Positions 26,826-40,371 of a stretch of DNA of 64,000 nt are shown piece by piece; within the stretch, counting starts at the first letter, position 1, and the number at the start of each line of letters is the position of its first letter. The DNA lies in NCBI GenBank assembly GCA_951406725.2, contig OX597834.1, positions 4,836,001-4,900,000 on the forward strand, in the 5' to 3' direction. The notes beneath the pieces were generated by a model. That model worked only from the letters and a program-made list of their open reading frames with translations, did no database searches and was not told where the DNA came from. The translations under genes and the position numbers were made by a program. This DNA comes from Octopus vulgaris. Taxonomy: Eukaryota.

Positions 26826-27430
26826 CTAATTGTCGCCCGTCACGCTACGAGAAGATTTCGTTGTTTCTCTTAACATTTCTTTCCCTATTTTCTTCCATGT
26901 GTCCATATTTTGTATTGAAATATCGATTCCAGTATCCAATTGAAGTTTAATATGTATTCCATTTATTTTTACCTGTACGAATTTTCTTATTAGGGAGATA
27001 ATGAGCACTCTAGGATTTTTAACGTTTGGCCTTCATAATTTTGCTCTGCAGTGTGAATTCCTGTGACCAATTCTTTTGCAACTGTAACATTTTTGATTTT
27101 TAAATGAACAGTATTTTCTGAAATGCACCCCCACTCATCCATAACATGGATTAGAATGAGGTGCACTTTTCTGTTTGTACTTTTCCTGTCGGCATATCTG
27201 TATTTTTTAGTAATCCTTTTCTTGAATTTTTTCTACATCGTGTGCTACGTTTACCATCCGTTGGCATTCTTCTGTCACGGCATGTGAGGTTAGATCTTGG
27301 TTCGCTTGTTCCAATTTAGAATGAATTCTGGCGCGAATTTCTGTATCTTTGCTTCCTGTAAGGCCTTCTACGAAAATAAAGACACTTGCACATCTCAGGT
27401 GTAAGTTCTTTGAAATCGCGATTCAAAGAT
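26826..27430 (-). pseudogene. Gypsy (Mag-like) LTR retrotransposon gag zinc knuckles and aspartic protease remnant
   Basis: CYG*VGVHFRKYC and CYSCKRIGHRNSHC knuckles, then VKINGIHIKLQLDTGIDISI (DTG protease motif). Confidence 0.85.
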
Positions 27431-27627
27431 ATTGTTTTGAGCTGAGTTGGGGTGCTAGATTCCCTTGTTCGAAAATATAAGGACACAGATCGGGTCGTAC
27501 AGCCAGCTGGAGATGTTTCTAGGGATTGGAGATCAGTAAGTACAGTATTGTACTTCGTGCGCATATATACACACAAATAAGAAAGTGTTAGCTAATGTAT
27601 ATGAAATACCACAATTTTAAGTTAGAT

Positions 27628-27840
27628 TGGTTTCAAATATTGCTGCAGGGCCAGCAATTTTGAAGTAGAGAGTAATTTAATTACATCGACTCCAATTTAC
27701 CAACCGGTACTTATTTTATCGATCCAGAAAGGATTAAAGTTAAAGTCAACCTCCTTAGAATTTTAACTAAGAACGCTAAGACGGGCGAAATATTGCTCAG
27801 CATTTCCTCTGGCATGCTAACTATTCTATCAGCTCACCCC
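27628..27840 (-). mobile_element. SINE family B, diverged
   Basis: GGTACTTATTTTATCGA module and head. Confidence 0.75.
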
Positions 27841-27943
27841 CCTTATTCTAATTAAAACTCTTGCAATCAACGGAAGGATATAAAGTTTTGGCGGTTAAAG
27901 GTACTAAAAACGTATTAATAGATATTTTCATAATATGAATTTT

Positions 27944-28110
27944 CAGGAGTGGCTGTGTGGTAAGTAGCTTGCTTATCAACCACATGGTTCCGGGTTCAGT
28001 CCCACTGCGTGGCACCTTGGGCAAGTCTCTTCTACTATAGTCTCGGTCCGACCAAAGCCTTGTGAGTGGATTTGGTAGACGGAAACTCAAAGAAGCCCGT
28101 CGTATATATG

Positions 28111-28143
<33 letters not shown>

Positions 28144-28364
28144 ATATGTTTGTGTGTCTGTGTTTGTCCCCCACCCCCAACATCGCTTGACAACCGATGC
28201 TGGTGTGTTTACGTTCCTGTAACTTAGCGGTTCGGCAAAAGAGACCGATAGAATAAGTACTAGGCTTGCCAAGAATAAGTCCTGGGGTCGATTTCCTCGA
28301 CTAAAGGCGGTGCTCCAGCATAGCCGCAGTGAAAATGTCTGAAACAAGTAAAAGAGTAAAAGAG
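27944..28364 (+). mobile_element. SINE family A
   Basis: Matches family. Confidence 0.9.
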
Positions 28365-28531
28365 GATATCTGCCTATCTCTGAAGAGATATTACGGACTC
28401 TCGCTTCCATAACTTTGTCTTATTTTTCCTTATTAATTATATTCACATTCACCTCTTTGCAACCATTTTATAAATGTTGTGATGCTATTAACAACCGCAT
28501 CTCAATTTATTGTACTTGACATCTATAAATG

Positions 28532-28763
28532 CACACACACACACACAGGCCTACAAACACACACACACGCATACAAACACACACACACACGTCTACAAAC
28601 ACACACACACGCATACAAACACACACACACGCATACAAATACACACACACACACACGCATACAAACACACACACACGCATACAAACACACACACACACGC
28701 ATACAAACACACACACACACATACAAACACACACACACGCATACAAACACACACACACGCATA

Positions 28764-28810
<47 letters not shown>

Positions 28811-28845
28811 CACACACACACACGCATACAAACACACACACACAC
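28532..28845. repeat. Compound minisatellite (CACACACACGCATACAAA-like units)
   Basis: Direct reading. Confidence 0.9.
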
Positions 28846-29129
28846 ATATATATAGATTTATGTAGGGACAAAATTGTGTGTATGCGTGTGTGCTTGTGTT
28901 TCTATGCGTGTATGCATATGTACGCCCGTCTACACTCGTGTACGGCACATGCTGCATACGTAAAATGTATTAAATAATTGTTGCTATCACTGCTACACGT
29001 GTGCACACACACACACACACACATTCACACACACACATTCACACACTCACACACACGTATCCACATGTACACGTTCACACAAAAAGAAACTGCACGTATT
29101 TGCATTAGACTTTTATAGTTGTACAACGA

Positions 29130-29400
29130 GCTTCGATTTTTCTAAAAATCCTCACTCAATTTCCTATTACATATTTATTATGTCAAACATCCCTCATGCG
29201 ACGCTAAGTCTACATATTGAGCAATCCACTGCGACTGGAAGTCTATATACTCTATAATCCGCTGCAATTACGTTGTTGCCGGTCGTTCATTTTAACTCAA
29301 ACTTTTGCATTTACGTCTAGAAAATTAAATGAGACAAACTAGCTGCGAAGTCATTGAATTATTACTCTGATATAAGTTTCTGAGGAATTCAGAGGTGACA
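29130..29400 (+). repeat. Dispersed repeat, copy 1 (partner at about 51450-51700)
   Basis: Shared GCAATCCACTGCGACTGGAAGTCTATATACTCTATAATCC...GTCTAGAAAATTAAATGAGACAAACTAG. Confidence 0.8.
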
Positions 29401-29560
29401 TTACTACACTACTCGACTAGAGTAATATGAGTTAGTTCACAATGTACATAGAGGCAGTGCTCGAATTGAAGAAGGTAGTGTGCGGCGAATGGTTGTGAAG
29501 AAAAAAAAAACAATTGTTATGCGGGGACATTAGATAAATGCCGAGAGAAAGAAAGATATA

Positions 29561-30332
29561 CTCTTTTACTTGTTTCAGTCATTTGACTGCGGCCATGCTG
29601 GAGAAACGCCTTTAATCGAGCAACTCGACCCCGGGTCTTATTCTTTTGTAAGCCCAGTACTTATTCTATCGGTCTGTTTTGCCGAACCGCTAAGTAACGG
29701 GGACATAAACACACCAGCATCGGTTGTCAAGCAATGCTAGGGGGACAAACACAGACACACAAACACACACACGCATATATATATATATACATATATATAT
29801 ACATATATATATACATATATATGTGAAGGCGCGTGGCTCAGTGGTTAGAGCGTCGAGCTTACGATCGTGAGGTTGTGTGCTCGAATCCCGGACCGGGCTG
29901 CGTGTTGTGTTCTTGAGCAAGACACTTTATTTCACGTTGCTCCAGTTCACTCGGCTGTAGAAATGAGTTACGACGTCACAGGTGCCAAGCTGTATCGGCC
30001 CTTGCCTTTCCCTTGGACAACATCGGTGACGTGGAGAGGGAGGCCGGTATGCATGGGCGACTGCTGGTCTTCCATGAAACAACCTTGCCCAGACTTGTGC
30101 CTCAGAGAGTAACTCTCTAGGTGCAAACCCCTGGTCAGTGTCTGGTCACTATATATACATATACATATATACGACGGGCTTCTTTCAGTTTCCGTCTACC
30201 AAATCCACTCACAAGGCTTTGGTCAGCCCGAGGCTATAGTAGAAGACACTTGCCCAAGGTGCCACGCAGTGGTACTGAACCTGGAACCATGTGGTTGGTA
30301 AACAAGCTACTTACCACACAGCCACTCCTGCG

Positions 30333-30334
<2 letters not shown>
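29561..30334 (-). mobile_element. SINE family A split by a nested SINE C
   Basis: Tail half 29561-29775 and head half 30170-30334 are colinear. Confidence 0.9.
29825..30150 (+). mobile_element. SINE family C (tRNA head plus CORE-like domain)
   Basis: TGGCTCAGTGG A box, GCTCGAATCC B box, TTCTTGAGCAAGACACTT CORE-like block. Confidence 0.85.
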
Positions 30335-30404
<70 letters not shown>

Positions 30405-30882
30405 TGGGGAGGGAGAAAGAATGAAAGAAAGATTAGAAAGAGAAAATATGTAAGGAGTAAAGAGGTGATTGAACAGGCTGATAGAAATTCAACGTGGAAA
30501 GAAAAAAAATGATAAAATGAATTGTCGGAATATCGTTTGTTGGTTCGTGTATAGTTCGCGGAGATTTTGTTGATCTGTTACGTTGTCGTTATCCGGCATC
30601 GTTATATATTTTATTGTTATAGAGTAAAAAAGCATCACCATTACAATTGGCGATACAACACTCCCTTTCATCCATCCATCCATCCATCCATCCGTCCGTC
30701 CGTCCATCCATACATACATACATGGCGCGATCAACATCGGATGTGCAGGCGTAGAGGACCATTTAAAAAGTCCGTTTTGAACGCCTTGCTCTAGTATTAT
30801 GCCGATTTCTCCAGCCTAAATCGGTAACTGGTTTATTTCTCCAATAATTAATAAGAGAAACACCTTTTACTCGCCATCGTAG

Positions 30883-31270
30883 GACTATCCTGTACAGATT
30901 TTAAAATATACTTCTACACCATGTGGGAATCTCGCTAACACGATTAGGGCTAAAACTAACAGCACCTCATATGAAACTAACAAGGTCACCACCGATGAAA
31001 ATAGAACTACTTCACCAGTAAGCTATTTAAGAAGACGTAAGTACTCTTCTTGTTTTACTTGGACTCAACAACAAAACCAAGATTTACTTTGCTGCTACGA
31101 AAAAACTCGAGATGATCCTTCAATTGGATACATGAAGTGGTTAAAACAATACTGGGACGAAGCTCATCCCAACTTAAATAGCTGCACAGCGAAACAGCTC
31201 CGACAAGAAGCATCTTTTGCAAAAAAAATAAATAAAATCCACTGGTCCTCGATCCTCTCAAAACATTGAA
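30883..31270 (+). pseudogene. R4/Dong-type non-LTR element N-terminal fragment
   Basis: Stop-free frame containing WTQQQNQDLLCCYEK...GYMKWLKQYWDEAHP...TAKQLRQEA, similar to the Myb-like N-terminus of R4-clade ORFs. Confidence 0.55.
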
Positions 31271-32265
31271 AATGGGTGAAAATCTGCAAGAAGCGGCGTA
31301 AAAAATAACGTAAACAAACCACCGCTCCCACCATCGCTAAATTCGAATGTATCTCTAAATTTAGTTGACTCAGTAGCGACGACTGCGGAATACACCCAAC
31401 TCAAAAGTACTTAAAATTTAAAATTTAGTTGCCCAAGGTGCTATCTCAGTCCATGTTTGGTTACGGCACCCGCAACAGTAGCATACCGTTATAAAAAACG
31501 TAAGTAGTATTAGATTAAAACATTTGTTTGTGTATCACACTTAAAACAGATTCAACTCGAGTGAGCAAATTAGCTGCGGGATTCCTATTGTGATAATATA
31601 TTCTCTCGATATATTGCAAAGCAATCCATATAGCAGATATATATTGCTAAAGTTAAATACTTCAAGTATCGGTGCTTTAATAAAATATTGCAAAATCATA
31701 AGATTATATCGGTTGCTGTCAAAAATTGTCTAACGGTGGTCGTGAAAATGCTAGGTGCGTATTTTGCCGCATAACATGTACCCACTGCCAACCGCATGCT
31801 GGGTAATACCGGTCGTTACTGCTGTAGGAAAATGTTGATTGAAAACACCACTGGTTTTGTAATTAGCCGCCCGACTGAATAGAATTCCGTTATATGCAAC
31901 ATGAATAATCCTAAACCAGGACTGCCATGTTATGTTGGCAAACAATCTTTACTATGAATAGCATTAGATTAAAATAGACTACTGCGTATCATACTCAAAG
32001 CAGATGCATCGCAAATAGCAAATTAACTGTAGCATGTGTCGGACGATAACATCTCTGATGGATGTACTATGCTGAAAAACTCAAAAATATCGGATGTAGA
32101 CAAAACTCACCCAGCAGCGGCGGTGTGGATGCTAAATGTGCATTGCTGCTTCGTCGTGATAATTTTGCATATAAAACATGCACAGACAGAAACATTTTAG
32201 ATTGCAGCTTGTGACATCGACATTTTAACAACGATAGCTTTTAAAACTCAATTGAAATAATGAAA

Positions 32266-32677
32266 TTGTTGTATTTAGGAATGGTCATTTTGCCACTTTA
32301 GCCAATAAAAACACACGCACTATATACTTGGTTTTAATTTGCTTCAGCTTTATTTATTTTTTACATTAATCTTAATCTTATTTCGGCCAGAGTTCTTTCG
32401 TCACACTTCTGTGACCTCATCATTTTGTATTTTGTACAAAATACAAAATGGCTGACCGTTAGCAAGGAGGACACACAAATAAGAAAGAAGAAAGCAAAGG
32501 ACCACTGATAAGGTCACAGAAGTGTGACGAAAGAACTCTGGCCGAAATAAGATTAAGATTAGTGTAAAAAATAAATAAAGCTGAAGCAAATTAACACCAA
32601 ATATATAGTGTGTGTGTTTTTATTGGTAGCACGACCATTTTTAAATACAACAACATGTTTCAACACACGATTTCACA
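32266..32677. mobile_element. Inverted duplication of family H2 with hammerhead motifs on both strands
   Basis: Arms meet at perfect palindrome CATTTTGTATTTTGTACAAAATACAAAATG (32421-32450); plus-strand core CTGATAA at 32505, GAAA at 32529. Confidence 0.85.
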
Positions 32678-33679
32678 TCAAGAATCTTGCAAAACAAATA
32701 TATAAACGAAATAGAGAAAATTAAGCATAACACAACATCTGTGGGGTACTGGGTTTTGATCGCATTAGTTATAATATCCTCCAATCTGACTGAACCTTTC
32801 GAGGCTAGAATAGAAATGGCCAGAAATGTTCTTTGTATTCCTTACATGGATTGTGTTTGAAAGATACAAAAAAATAGTTTAAATAAAAATTCTGTAACAA
32901 TTTTCTGCTCCTGTGTCTGAAGGGCGGTTTATTATAATTATTAGAATATTCATTATATTCATTATTCAAATCGATGCAAAATAAATGTTAGCATGTTTCA
33001 CAATCTGTTGTACTTTGAGCAAAACCGTAAAATTTATTGAAGGACAAATTTCAGAAAATATGTGAATGAAAGAAATTACAAAGTTAATGTTAAACTATTG
33101 TAAATAAACATCTCTTGAAAATATTAATCTCAGAATATAAAATACTTTTCGTGTTGCGCATAAAGATATTAAAAAAATATTTTAGACAATACAGAAGCAC
33201 GTGAATAAGAGACAAAAACAAAGCCTGTTTTATAAAAAATATTTCCATATTATGTGTCAAGATATATTCAATGTAAGCTTAATTAAATTTGCTGGAAAAC
33301 AAACTGTTATTTATGTGCATAGCTAAAGTTATTGTAATATGAGTTTAAAATTTTCTGTAAACATTTACGTAATGTAATTGGACAATAATGTTGTGAGATT
33401 GCATATGTTGGCATTACTTTATTATCTCCCTTATTAAGAAAAATATATGTCAGAAATATCACAGGTTACAAACTTGCTTTAATTATTGCTACGTGGGAAT
33501 GTTAACAGTAACTGGATATGCATATTAAACAATATATGCATTCACGCACCTAAGGACCAAATTTAGATCTCATGCTGTTCTAACATCCGATTCCCATCCC
33601 ATACCCGTTTGCATATCTATCACAGAAACAGGTTCCGCTCATTTCCCGGTGCATGTATTCCATTATTCGAATCTACACA

Positions 33680-33795
33680 TTACATATATTTCTCTACATG
33701 TCTCATATATTTCTCTACATGTCTCATTTACTCAATCTCTACATGTCTCATATAATCTCTACATGTCTCATATATTTCTCTACATGTCTCATTTG
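33680..33795. repeat. About 20-bp tandem repeat (TCTCTACATGTCTCAT core)
   Basis: Five copies visible. Confidence 0.9.
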
Positions 33796-34242
33796 CTCAA
33801 TAGTTTTTCATTTTCCAAATGCATTTTAAAACCAATATTTGCAAACTTTGAATACAGTTAGGACGACCCGTGTAAATTCTACGGAATGAAAAAATGAATT
33901 AAAAGGACTTATTTCAAGGACCTGTTTAAAAGATGACTTGCACTTTTATAACATTCTTAGTCTAGCTTTCTTTAAATATACTTTGTCTACATCCATTTCC
34001 TCGCGTTTCTGACAGTGTTCTCTTCTTTCTCTTTCTCTTTATATCTTCTCGTTCGTCCCCTCTAATCCGTGCTCAATATTTGCGTTTCTTTTCTTGAGTA
34101 GCTTGAAGCCGTCTTTCTAGTGAATCCATACTTTAAACTAAATGAAACCTTTTTAAACAAATATCAATTTTCAATAGAGCAGACAATAATTGCACTTATG
34201 CGTATGAGTTAGCTCAATAAAATAATACTTCTCACTATCAAC

Positions 34243-34440
34243 ACACCACCACCACTACTACCACTACAGCCACCACCCCACCACCACCACCACCACTAAA
34301 ATCACCACTACCGCCGCCGAGACTACCGCCACTACCAGCAGTAACAGCAGCAGCAGCCATTACCACCACCACCACCACCACCACCACCACCACCACCACC
34401 ATCCACCACCACCACCACCAAGAATACTACCACCATCATC
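34243..34440. repeat. (CAC)n-rich low-complexity tract
   Basis: Direct reading. Confidence 0.9.
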
Positions 34441-34734
34441 ACAATAGTTTTCAGTAACAAAGCTTGTTTCATCCCAGTTTTTTATGTTTTTTCTTGCTGT
34501 CAATGTATCACTACTCTGACAATACAAGCTCTATCTACCTCTTTCTTTCCTTCTCTCTCCTTCTCTCTCCCTCTCTCTTTCTCCGTATAACTCTCTCCTC
34601 TGTTCCTCTCTCTCTATCTGCCTTTCTTTGATCCCACCACCAGAACATCAACCTCTACTAAATATTGCATCCTAAAATAGAACGCCATCAAGGCTTGAGA
34701 AGCCAACAAGGGGTAGGATACATCATCATTTGAG

Positions 34735-35200
34735 TAGGTATTATTGGAGGTATTATGGTTAGTCCTTGGAAAGTGGTGGACGGTGTTAAAATGACTGCGG
34801 ATGTTTACATAGCCTTTATGAGGGAACACCTTCAAACTTGGTTAAAAAAGCAAAGGATCACCTTCAAGACAACCATAATATCCATGCAAGATAATGCACC
34901 CTCGTGCTCAGCGAAGAACCCACAGAATTTTGCAGCAGTTAGGCTTCTGTGGACCTCGGAAGATGAAGTGTCCTGCCGGTTCCCCCGGCGACTTAAACTC
35001 AATCGAAAACTTCTGGAATATTCTAAAGTGATGAGCCTACGAGGATGGATACCAATTTAGGAGCAAGGGTGAACTGTGGCAGGCAATTGTGGATGTATCT
35101 CTTGGTATAACATCAGAGGAGAGAAGAAATTAGCATGTTCCGTGGACCAGTGCCTTTTCCAGCTTATTCCAAACGAATGCTCATCTATCCCTTATTAATC
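34735..35200 (+). pseudogene. Tc1-family transposase DDE fragment
   Basis: MQDNAPS, then after a frameshift PAGSPGDLNSIENFW (SPDLNPIE motif). Confidence 0.85.
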
Positions 35201-36820
35201 AGTTCACCGATAATTTTCGGATGCTGTTTATTTGTTTATTTCTATTTCTTCCGATTAAATTAGTATTTTCTTTTTTTGCATGAATTTTAATTACACCTCG
35301 CTAATAATTTGAAACCGAACGTTTACGTAAATTTGGTAAATGACCGCAGTTTCTGTGTTGTTTTACGGAACCTCACGCTTTTTACACACTACGCGCATAT
35401 ACCTGTTGCCATTATTCTTTTAAGATTCAATTGAATTCCAACGAGCTGTTTTTAAATAAAATAAAAAGAAAAGGTTACGCCGTTAATAATTAGAAACATA
35501 GTGTATATATATCTACGTATGTATGTATATTTACACACACACACACACACATTTATAAATGTACCTTCACTAACGTCACTATCATCTGCAGCACCACATC
35601 CACCATTACTATTATGTGCATGATATCGCCAGCAAATGGCAACAATGGACGTTTTAAAATATTGTAAACAGACAAAAATTTTACGCGATTATACCGCACG
35701 TTTGTTCACAATTTTTACTGAAAAAACTTTTCGACATTGGTTTCATGTTCTAGAATTTTGTCTGCGATAACAGCCACGCATTACATCAATTTTAGGAATT
35801 ATTGATATCGCCATAGCAGCAGAGTTTAATGCTGAGATGTCTCAGTGTTTGCAACAAAGAAAAATCAGATGACTGAATCACTCGGCAGGATAAAAAAAAA
35901 CACAAACGCAGACAAACAAACACACCAGAATTTGTAGAATGACGTCTGTATTTTTTGGTTTATGTGAGCCGTACATAACTTAGATAGTTTTTGATTTCAC
36001 ATTAATTCTTCTTTCGAAAATAACATTTCATTTTCTATCTTTCACTTAAAATAAATAATTAATTCCAAATTTATAACTAATTTACTCATGTATATTCCTA
36101 GTCAACCAGGCGGCAAAACGTATTATCTTGTATTTGATTTCCCTCTCTGGTGTATTTATTGTATTTTCAATTTTATTTTATGTTTCTCTCTCTCTCACAC
36201 ATACACACACAGACACACACACACACAAGTACACACACACACGCACACACACAGAACACAGTACATTGATATGAACACAAAGCCAATAAGTGTAACAATT
36301 TAGTTATGCGCGCGAAAAATGCAGCAACAGGAATTTAGCTTTCTCTGCAGTTTTCTTTACACTTACCTCTAAATTTGAGGTGCATATTATCACGAAAACG
36401 AAACGAAACATACTTGGAAAATGCTAAACGAACATATCTTAATTCCCTATAACGTTCCATGAATGCCGACATGATTATGTATTTAAGAAGATTCATTCAT
36501 ATACACCCGTTTTCCAGTTCGATTACTTTGTGTGCAACTCTTTTAAGACGGTTCTACAATACCTCGGGGCAACAAATACATTCAGTGTAAAATGTCCTAA
36601 ATGGACACTTCTCGGAAACCCACCACAATGTGTTTATGTTTCCTTTTTTTCTTCAAAATCTGAGTTAATTTTACCATACCACCATCTTTGTTGTAAGGTA
36701 GTGAAGGAAATCATCTTGTCTTATTCATTATATTTTAAAATCTTACGAAGGTCTTGCAGATTTTTATCGTCTTCGATATCGTGATTGTGTCTCTCCCTCG
36801 TGATTATTTGTAATATAGTA

Positions 36821-37045
36821 TTTTACTCTCTTTACTCTTTTACTTGTTTCAGTCATTTGACTGCGGCCATGCTGGGGCACCGCCTTTAGTCGAGCAAATC
36901 GACCCCGGGACTTATTCTTTGTAAGTCTAATACTTATGCTATAGGTCTCTTTTGCCGAACACAAACACACCAGCATCGGTTGTCAAGCGATGTTGGGGAG
37001 GGGGGACAAACATAAACACACAAACACACACACACACACACACAC
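36821..37045 (-). mobile_element. SINE family A, 3' half
   Basis: Tail and central module. Confidence 0.85.
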
Positions 37046-37070
37046 AACAACAACAACAGCAATAATAATG

Positions 37071-37107
<37 letters not shown>

Positions 37108-37179
37108 TAATAATAATGATAATAACGACAACGACGATGATGACGATGATGATGGATTCTCTCGTCGAAGACGACCTAT

Positions 37180-37445
37180 GAGCGTTCAGTGTTTGCTAAA
37201 CGACTTGCACAAATGATTTGTTTATAGTGATCAAATGTATGCGCTGTACATTAGCTCATTCTCTCCATCAAATCAACATTGCCAGAATAGAGGCACAGTG
37301 TACCTCATGTCAGGTGTCGAGGTGATAGCAAAGTAACGTGAGTTGAAGTGTTTTGCTGAAGAACGCAACTCAGCGCTCGGTCTGGGGACCGAACACATGA
37401 TCTAGCGATCGTGAGTCACAACATCCAAGCCTCTAGGCCATGCGA
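37180..37445 (-). mobile_element. CORE-like SINE related to family C
   Basis: Minus strand has tRNA-like head and TTCTTCAGCAAAACACTT; homologous to 56740-56953. Confidence 0.7.
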
Positions 37446-37615
37446 ATGCCTTTTATTAACTACAATGTACAAAAATAGTGAGGTAAATATAAAAATATAA
37501 CATTACATCATACAAAATGGATGGTTCACAACGATGAACAACAATAATGATAATAATTCAAGATTAAATGAAATTATGAAAATAGATTGCAAATTTATGC
37601 ATAAACAGTATCATA

Positions 37616-38035
37616 GGTGCAGGAGTGGCTGTGTGGGAAGTAGCTTGCTTGCCAACCACATGGTTCCGGGTTCAGTCCCATTGCGTGGCACCTTGGGCAA
37701 GTGTCTTCTACTATAGCCTCGGGCCGACCAAAGCCTTGTGAGTGGATTTGGTAGATGGTAACTGAAAGAAGCATGTCGTATATATGTATATATATATATG
37801 TGTGTGTGTGTGCGTGTGTGTTTGTGTGTCTGTCCCCCTAGCATTGCTTGACAACCGATGCTGCTGTGTTTATGTCCCCGTCACTTAGCGGTTCTGCAAA
37901 AGAGACCGATAGAATAAGTACTGGATTACAAAGAATAAGTCCCGGGGTCGAGGTGCTCGGCTAAAGGTGGTGCTCCAGCATGGCCGCAGTCAAATGACTG
38001 AAACAAGTAAAAGAGTAAAAAGAGAAAGAAAAGAG
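37616..38035 (+). mobile_element. SINE family A
   Basis: Matches family. Confidence 0.92.
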
Positions 38036-38134
38036 TATAGCAGCCAACCAAAGGTAATTCGAAGAAATCCATAAACTAGGTGGCCAGGATTACTCCGCAA
38101 ACTTCAAGGAATCCACTTCCTCTCTCCGAGGTTC

Positions 38135-38870
38135 TTACCTCCTGCTTAAAAAAAGGCTTGGCCCAGTCGGATACGTTATTCGTGGCCCTCTTAACCACCT
38201 TTCATAAATTATACTAGAAGACATTATCTCTTCCTCTACCTCCTTCTTACTATTCAATGATACCCGAAGAATTTGATGAGAGTTTGGCCATATAGGCAAA
38301 TGCTTGATTGGAAAATATTCAGACGATAAGCCACACACAACTTTTTTCGCTACGGCTACCATTTTCCCTAAAATTTTAAAATTTGTGTTGAGGAGATGTC
38401 TGAATCTCAATCTTTCGATCACCTTCCGCTTGACCGGATTCTTTCTCAGTAAGTGTCAAAACATCCCGGCTAACTCTCAATGGAAATGTTCTCAATTTGT
38501 TGCTCTAGCACCTGCTGTTGTAAACATCAGCCAAATCAGATGGGAACAAATATATGAAGTGGAAATATAGTTCATACAACAAACCATGCAATCTTGGCGA
38601 TTCTCGCATCACTTAGCAGCTCAGTCTATCCACCGTCGTGGTAGGTCTCAAAACCTGCAGTCTCAACTCCACAGCGCCTTAAATCATCTGATCTGCTTGG
38701 ATTTGGAGAGTTATGGACTTAGTAATGTACTGATTTCTAGCACTGTTATCGTGCTGGACCTCCACTCCACGTCTTTGGCGACTTTTGAGCTTTCATGTTT
38801 CAGCGCACGCCACAGAGCTCCTACATTGCAAACTTCTGCAACTCTCACGTCCAAATTCACAAAATTACAA
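38135..38870 (-). pseudogene. L1/Tx1-like LINE ORF2 remnant
   Basis: LLNTNFKILGKMVA resembles the LLNTDYKILAK RT motif; possible APE start (CNVGAL) upstream; heavily decayed. Confidence 0.5.
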
Positions 38871-38909
38871 AATATGCAGATCTTTCTGGCCTTGTTTTAA
38901 ATACTGAAA

Positions 38910-39146
38910 TGTTCGGTGGCTGCAAAGCTCCTGTTGTATTTGTGGTATAAGTATAATTATCATTTTTATTAATCATGGTCCATATAGTCATAAGGCTTCG
39001 TGCTGTTATATATGCATAATTCTTTGTCTGTTGTATTCGCCAGTAGTTTAATAACAGTACTGGGGCCTCCAAGATTGAGTGGTCTCAATGATAATGACGC
39101 GAAGCCACTATGATATTTTGGCTCATTTCACGCACAGAAAACGTTT
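38910..39146 (+). repeat. About 235-bp direct repeat, copy 1
   Basis: Nearly identical to 42020-42253. Confidence 0.9.
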
Positions 39147-40371
39147 GATGTGCCAAAACCCTCTATGTTGTTGATATTATCTGCATTGCTCGATATATTT
39201 AAGTACAATTCATTTATAATTTCAAATGGTGCATGTTTCTGTACACGTGTTCTTGACGTTGCTTTTACTTCAGTTTCGGTTAATATGATTGTGTTTTAGG
39301 TTACCAAATAGTTGAGACAAATCAATCTTTAAAGAGTTTTATAATAATACGAATGAATTATAAATGAAAAGTAATCTCCTAAAAGCCCAGAATGTAATTA
39401 TGTGACTGTAAGAAAATGTTAACGAACAACCTATTGAAAATAAAATAAATAATTAAGAATAAATGTCTTTGATTGCCAATTATAAAAGGAAATCATCAAA
39501 TAAAATTGCAAATTGCAAATAACGAAATCACAAAGAAACAGTTTTTAATCTCTGAAGTGTTTCAAAATTAACAGTCTACTTTCTATTGTGAAACTTTGTA
39601 CACGTATTCATAATATCCATTCATAGAAACATATATACACTCATAGTGAACGGGAAACATATTGACTGCTCTCATCTACCTACTAATAAATGTTATGTTT
39701 TTTCGATAAGCATGAAAGTTATACCGAATTTCTTCAATGTGTGTTCGTTGCTATTTTGTGTAGAAAGTATTTCTTTGTCCTGACACAAGTTATTCATTTT
39801 CATTATTTCTCCCAACTAAGAAGGGAATTCCAATCTATTAACGAGCATGTAGTTACAGCTTCCAGGATATAGACTCAACATTAATCTTAAACCGAACCAC
39901 TGAAATAACTTTCACGAAAATTAACAGCAATAAATTAATAATAATTTACGAAAATTACAGTTCCCTAAACTATTTATAACCCAGTTCTATACGTAACATT
40001 TTCTACTCACGGATGAAATTCGTGGTAAATACTGTTTGTAAATGAGTACAAATATAAACAGCACAAGTAAGGCGGCGAGGTGGCAGAATCGTTAGGACGT
40101 CGGGCAAATTGCTTAGCGTCATTTTGTCCGTCTTCACCTGCTGTTTACCCTAGTCGTAGTTATGGGACAGTGGTCAGTTACTTTGGTCAGTAATGTAGTT
40201 TGGCTCGCAGACACTATAGAATCTGTAGGAATGAGGTTAGCTGCGAAACAACGTGGTGGTCTTATATCATTTACGCGTTCATTTTTGTTTATAGAGTTGG
40301 GAAGAAGGTCAATTTTCGATTTCTTAATAAAGTTACAGTTACTAACCTTCTTCCTATATTCTACAAATGTT

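Noticed and set aside
29825-29900. tRNA gene
   Set aside because: A and B boxes run into a CORE-like SINE body; no complete cloverleaf or terminator
13518-33795. CRISPR-like arrays at 13518 and 33680
   Set aside because: Head-to-tail tandem repeats without unique spacers, in eukaryotic context with no cas genes
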